Shown: piece after piece, positions 61,374-64,000 of the stretch
Numbering within the stretch: position 1 is the first letter of the stretch
Layout of the letters: every line of letters begins with the position of its first letter
Assembly: GCA_017499595.2 (NCBI GenBank)
Contig: CM038999.1
Span: 1,922,001-1,986,000, forward strand
DNA length: 64,000 nucleotides
Reading direction: 5' to 3'
From: Psilocybe cubensis
Lineage: Eukaryota
Translations under genes and position numbers: made by a program
Notes under the pieces: generated by a model
Seen by the model: the letters and a program-made list of their open reading frames with translations, nothing else
Told to the model about the DNA's origin: nothing
The model's database searches: none

Positions 61374-64000
61374 ATGTTGCAGTATCCCCTCCAGCCTCCC
61401 CCGCTTTCTCTCTCATCCCACAAGCCTTCTCCTAGAGACTTTGACTATGTTCGTTCTAATGACCCCTTCCCCCCTCCCATGAACCGCAGGCGTCTCTCAA
61501 AGGACCCCTTCCCTCTTCTTTCTTCTTTTCATCCACAGCCTCTTTCTCCCCTCTCCATTTCTACAAATCTTCCTTCTTCTCCTTCTCCTACTACCCCAAA
61601 TCTTCCTCGTAGTCCCTATCTTTCGTCCAGGCAGCTCCAGCTTCCAGTCTCCAACAGGCTCCCAAAGTCCCCCTCTGACTCTCAGTCCATCCCCTCCTAC
61701 TCCGTAGACGACGTCTTGGCTCCAGGGGATGTCGTTGGTGAGGGCTTCTTCCTCCAGGGCGAGCCCATTCGTCTCGTCTCCAACGGCGCTGCAGATTCCC
61801 ATCACACTGTTCCCGCCCGCGAGTTCGAGGTCATCAAGCAGCTTGGTACAGGTAGCTATGCCGTCGTCTATCTCGTTCAGGAGGTTCTTTCCCGTCCAGC
61901 TGTCTCTGAAGATGGCCATATGTCAACTATTGGTCACATGGATTTTGAAATCAAGTCACTTTCTTCATCCCAGATCGTGTACGGTCGCAAGTACGCTATC
62001 AAGTGCTTATCTAAAGCAGACCTCGACGAGGAAGCTTTAGCTATTCAAATGTCCGAGGTGCGAATCAGTCTGTCTTTCGTGTCCAAAAACAATCTCATTC
62101 TTGGTCTCTTTTCCCAGGTCACAATTCACCAGTCTTTGCATCTTCATCCAAATATCGTCACTCTTCATCGTACTCTGGAAACTTCTGCCTTTTTGCTTCT
62201 TCTCCTCGAATACGTTCCTGGTCAAGACCTTTTTTATTTCCTCGAACAAGCCCGGGACCATCATGAGATGGATAACGCTTCCCACACCGACTCTTCAGTC
62301 TCTGCTTCTCATACTCCTCCGACTCCTAGCTTGCTTTCAAATTTGCACCCCTCTCAGTTGCTCTCTCGTACCCGTCTACGTCTTATTTCGTCCATGTTCA
62401 GCCAGATGTGTGATGCTGTTGCCGCCTGTCACGCTCAACAGGTCTTCCATCGTGATATCAAACCGGAGAACTTTATCGTCACCGATGGCACATTCACCGC
62501 CCCCGATGGCCGTTTCGAACGCAAGGTTATCGTCAAGCTCACTGATTTTGGCCTCTCCACCACTGACCTAGAATCGGCCGATATGGATTGCGGTAGCGCC
62601 CCTTATATGAGCTATGGTAAAATCTTTTTTTTTTTTTCATCCCAAGCTATTTCGGTTAATCTTCTTTTCATATTTAGAGTGTAGGAACAATGTTGCCCCT
62701 ACTTATCGTCCTCGTGCTGCCGATGTTTGGTCTTTGGGCATCGTCCTCATCAATATGTACGCTCTCTCTCTCTCTCTTATTTTGGCATTGGTAAATAGTT
62801 GACTGTAAAAAATTTTAAAAAAATCCAGGCTGTACCATTTCAACCCTTGGACCGATACTGCCCAAGGCGCTTGTTCTTCTTTTGATCTCTATCTCAAGGA
62901 TCCTGTCAACTTTTTCATGCAGCGGTTCATGGGCATGACCAGGCCCGTCGCAGAGGTTCTTGCGAACAAGGTTTTTTGCATCCTTCCAGATCCCCAGGAT
63001 GATTCTCCTCGCATGACTGCTGCTGAATTTGGTGCATGGTCCAAGAATCTACCCAACCTTCTTGGAGCACATGCCGTTCACCGCACAGTATCCAACAGCT
63101 CCCAGGGTCACCGTATCTCACTGTCTCTGCCCATGTCTCACCGCCCATCGTCAAGGCAGGCATCAGGTTGCACTACTGCTGCTCGCACTCCAGCCATCCC
63201 CGCCCGTTCTCTCTCCCGTGCTCCGTCCTTGGGACCGGCCTTTGAGAGAGTAGAGCTATCAACCGTCATTGATCAAGATAATGAAGATGAAGATGCTGAT
63301 GGAGAAATTGACATTGAGGGTATGACATCTCGATCTACGTCCACTAACAAGCGGCGCAAGCGAGGCGCTCGCAAAGGTAAAGGTGCTAATGTCGTCACGA
63401 GCACTCCGACGCCACAAGATAGTACTCTGGCCACCCTTGCCGTCGCATCGCAGTCGCTTGCAAGAGAGATTAGCAAGGCATCCCGCTCATCCTCTCACCG
63501 CTCTGCCTCGATCACGGCCTCTTCATCTCGTTCCACCAGGATGAACTTTGAACCTGTGTCGATGTATGCTATGCCTACTGCCCTCATCACCAATACGCCT
63601 CGAACTCCTAGCACATCCACTGCAGCCGTAACAGCTGCCCCGCCTGTTGTTCCATCCCCTGTGACCAAGAAACCATCCAAGTGGAAACTCAGTTTCGGCA
63701 AAAGCAGTGCTTCCTCCCTTGCCAACGCTGCCGGCGCCGGACGTGTGTCTCCAGTGGAAGAAGTGTCGCCTCCTCCTTCTTTGGATCTATCCCCGTCTCA
63801 GGCCATGGCCACTACTGCAAGCAATGTGACCAGTCTCCTCATGGGCTTGAACGCGCCTCCACCCAACCCTGCACCCGCTGTTGCCCCGGTCAACAAGCTC
63901 GACAACGACGCGTCCTCAACCTGGAGTCGAGGTCGTCGTGCCCGGGACATGCAGAACCCTACTACTGCAAAGAACCCCAGCAAGTCGCCTGGACGCGCTA
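61374..64000 (+). CDS. Ser/Thr protein kinase, Ran1/Pat1-Ksp1-like; 3' end runs off the window
   Basis: LGTGSYAVV, YAIKCLSK, HPNIVTLH, EYVPGQDLFYFLE, HRDIKPENF, LTDFGLST...CGSAPYMSYEC, AADVWSLGIVLINMLYHFNPW. Confidence 0.9.

Noticed and set aside
62625..62778. Poly-T run and (CT)n microsatellite
   Set aside because: Short, intronic and ordinary.
1..64000. Transposons, tRNA/rRNA genes, TPP riboswitch
   Set aside because: By eye I saw no transposase or RT motifs, terminal repeats, cloverleafs or TPP aptamer core. A tRNAscan/Infernal/RepeatMasker run is needed to exclude them formally.

Overview
Gene-dense eukaryotic DNA from an intron-rich fungus, most likely an agaricomycete basidiomycete. 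This is inferred from the many ~50-60 nt GT-AG introns with CTRAC-type branch points, the micro-exons and the protein sequences. I can support 26 spliced protein-coding genes, mostly housekeeping: Med12 (runs off the left edge), Dad2, an OSCA/CSC1 channel, SCY1/Cex1, Med14, Slx1, a GNAT, PCK1, BiP/Kar2, a DUF2828/TROVE-like vWA protein, a PHD protein, a TspO-like membrane protein, Pri1, an AP-4 epsilon-like adaptin, Bub2, a bZIP factor, an amino-acid permease, a nucleoside hydrolase, RACK1, a FucP-like MFS transporter, Got1, Utp6, a Ran1/Ksp1-type kinase (runs off the right edge) and three hypotheticals. A C/D-box snoRNA (U24/snR24) sits in the long RACK1 intron. I found no transposon, tRNA, rRNA, CRISPR array or secondary-metabolite cluster. 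The most notable items are an Slx1 nuclease with a ~670-aa tail carrying nine AT-hook-like motifs plus SIM-like motifs, an apparently full-length AP-4 epsilon-like adaptin, an uncharacterised Ro60/TROVE-like vWA protein, the intronic U24, and a PHD protein with a 72-bp coding tandem repeat. Gene boundaries were assembled by eye across introns and family calls come from motif recognition, not database searches.
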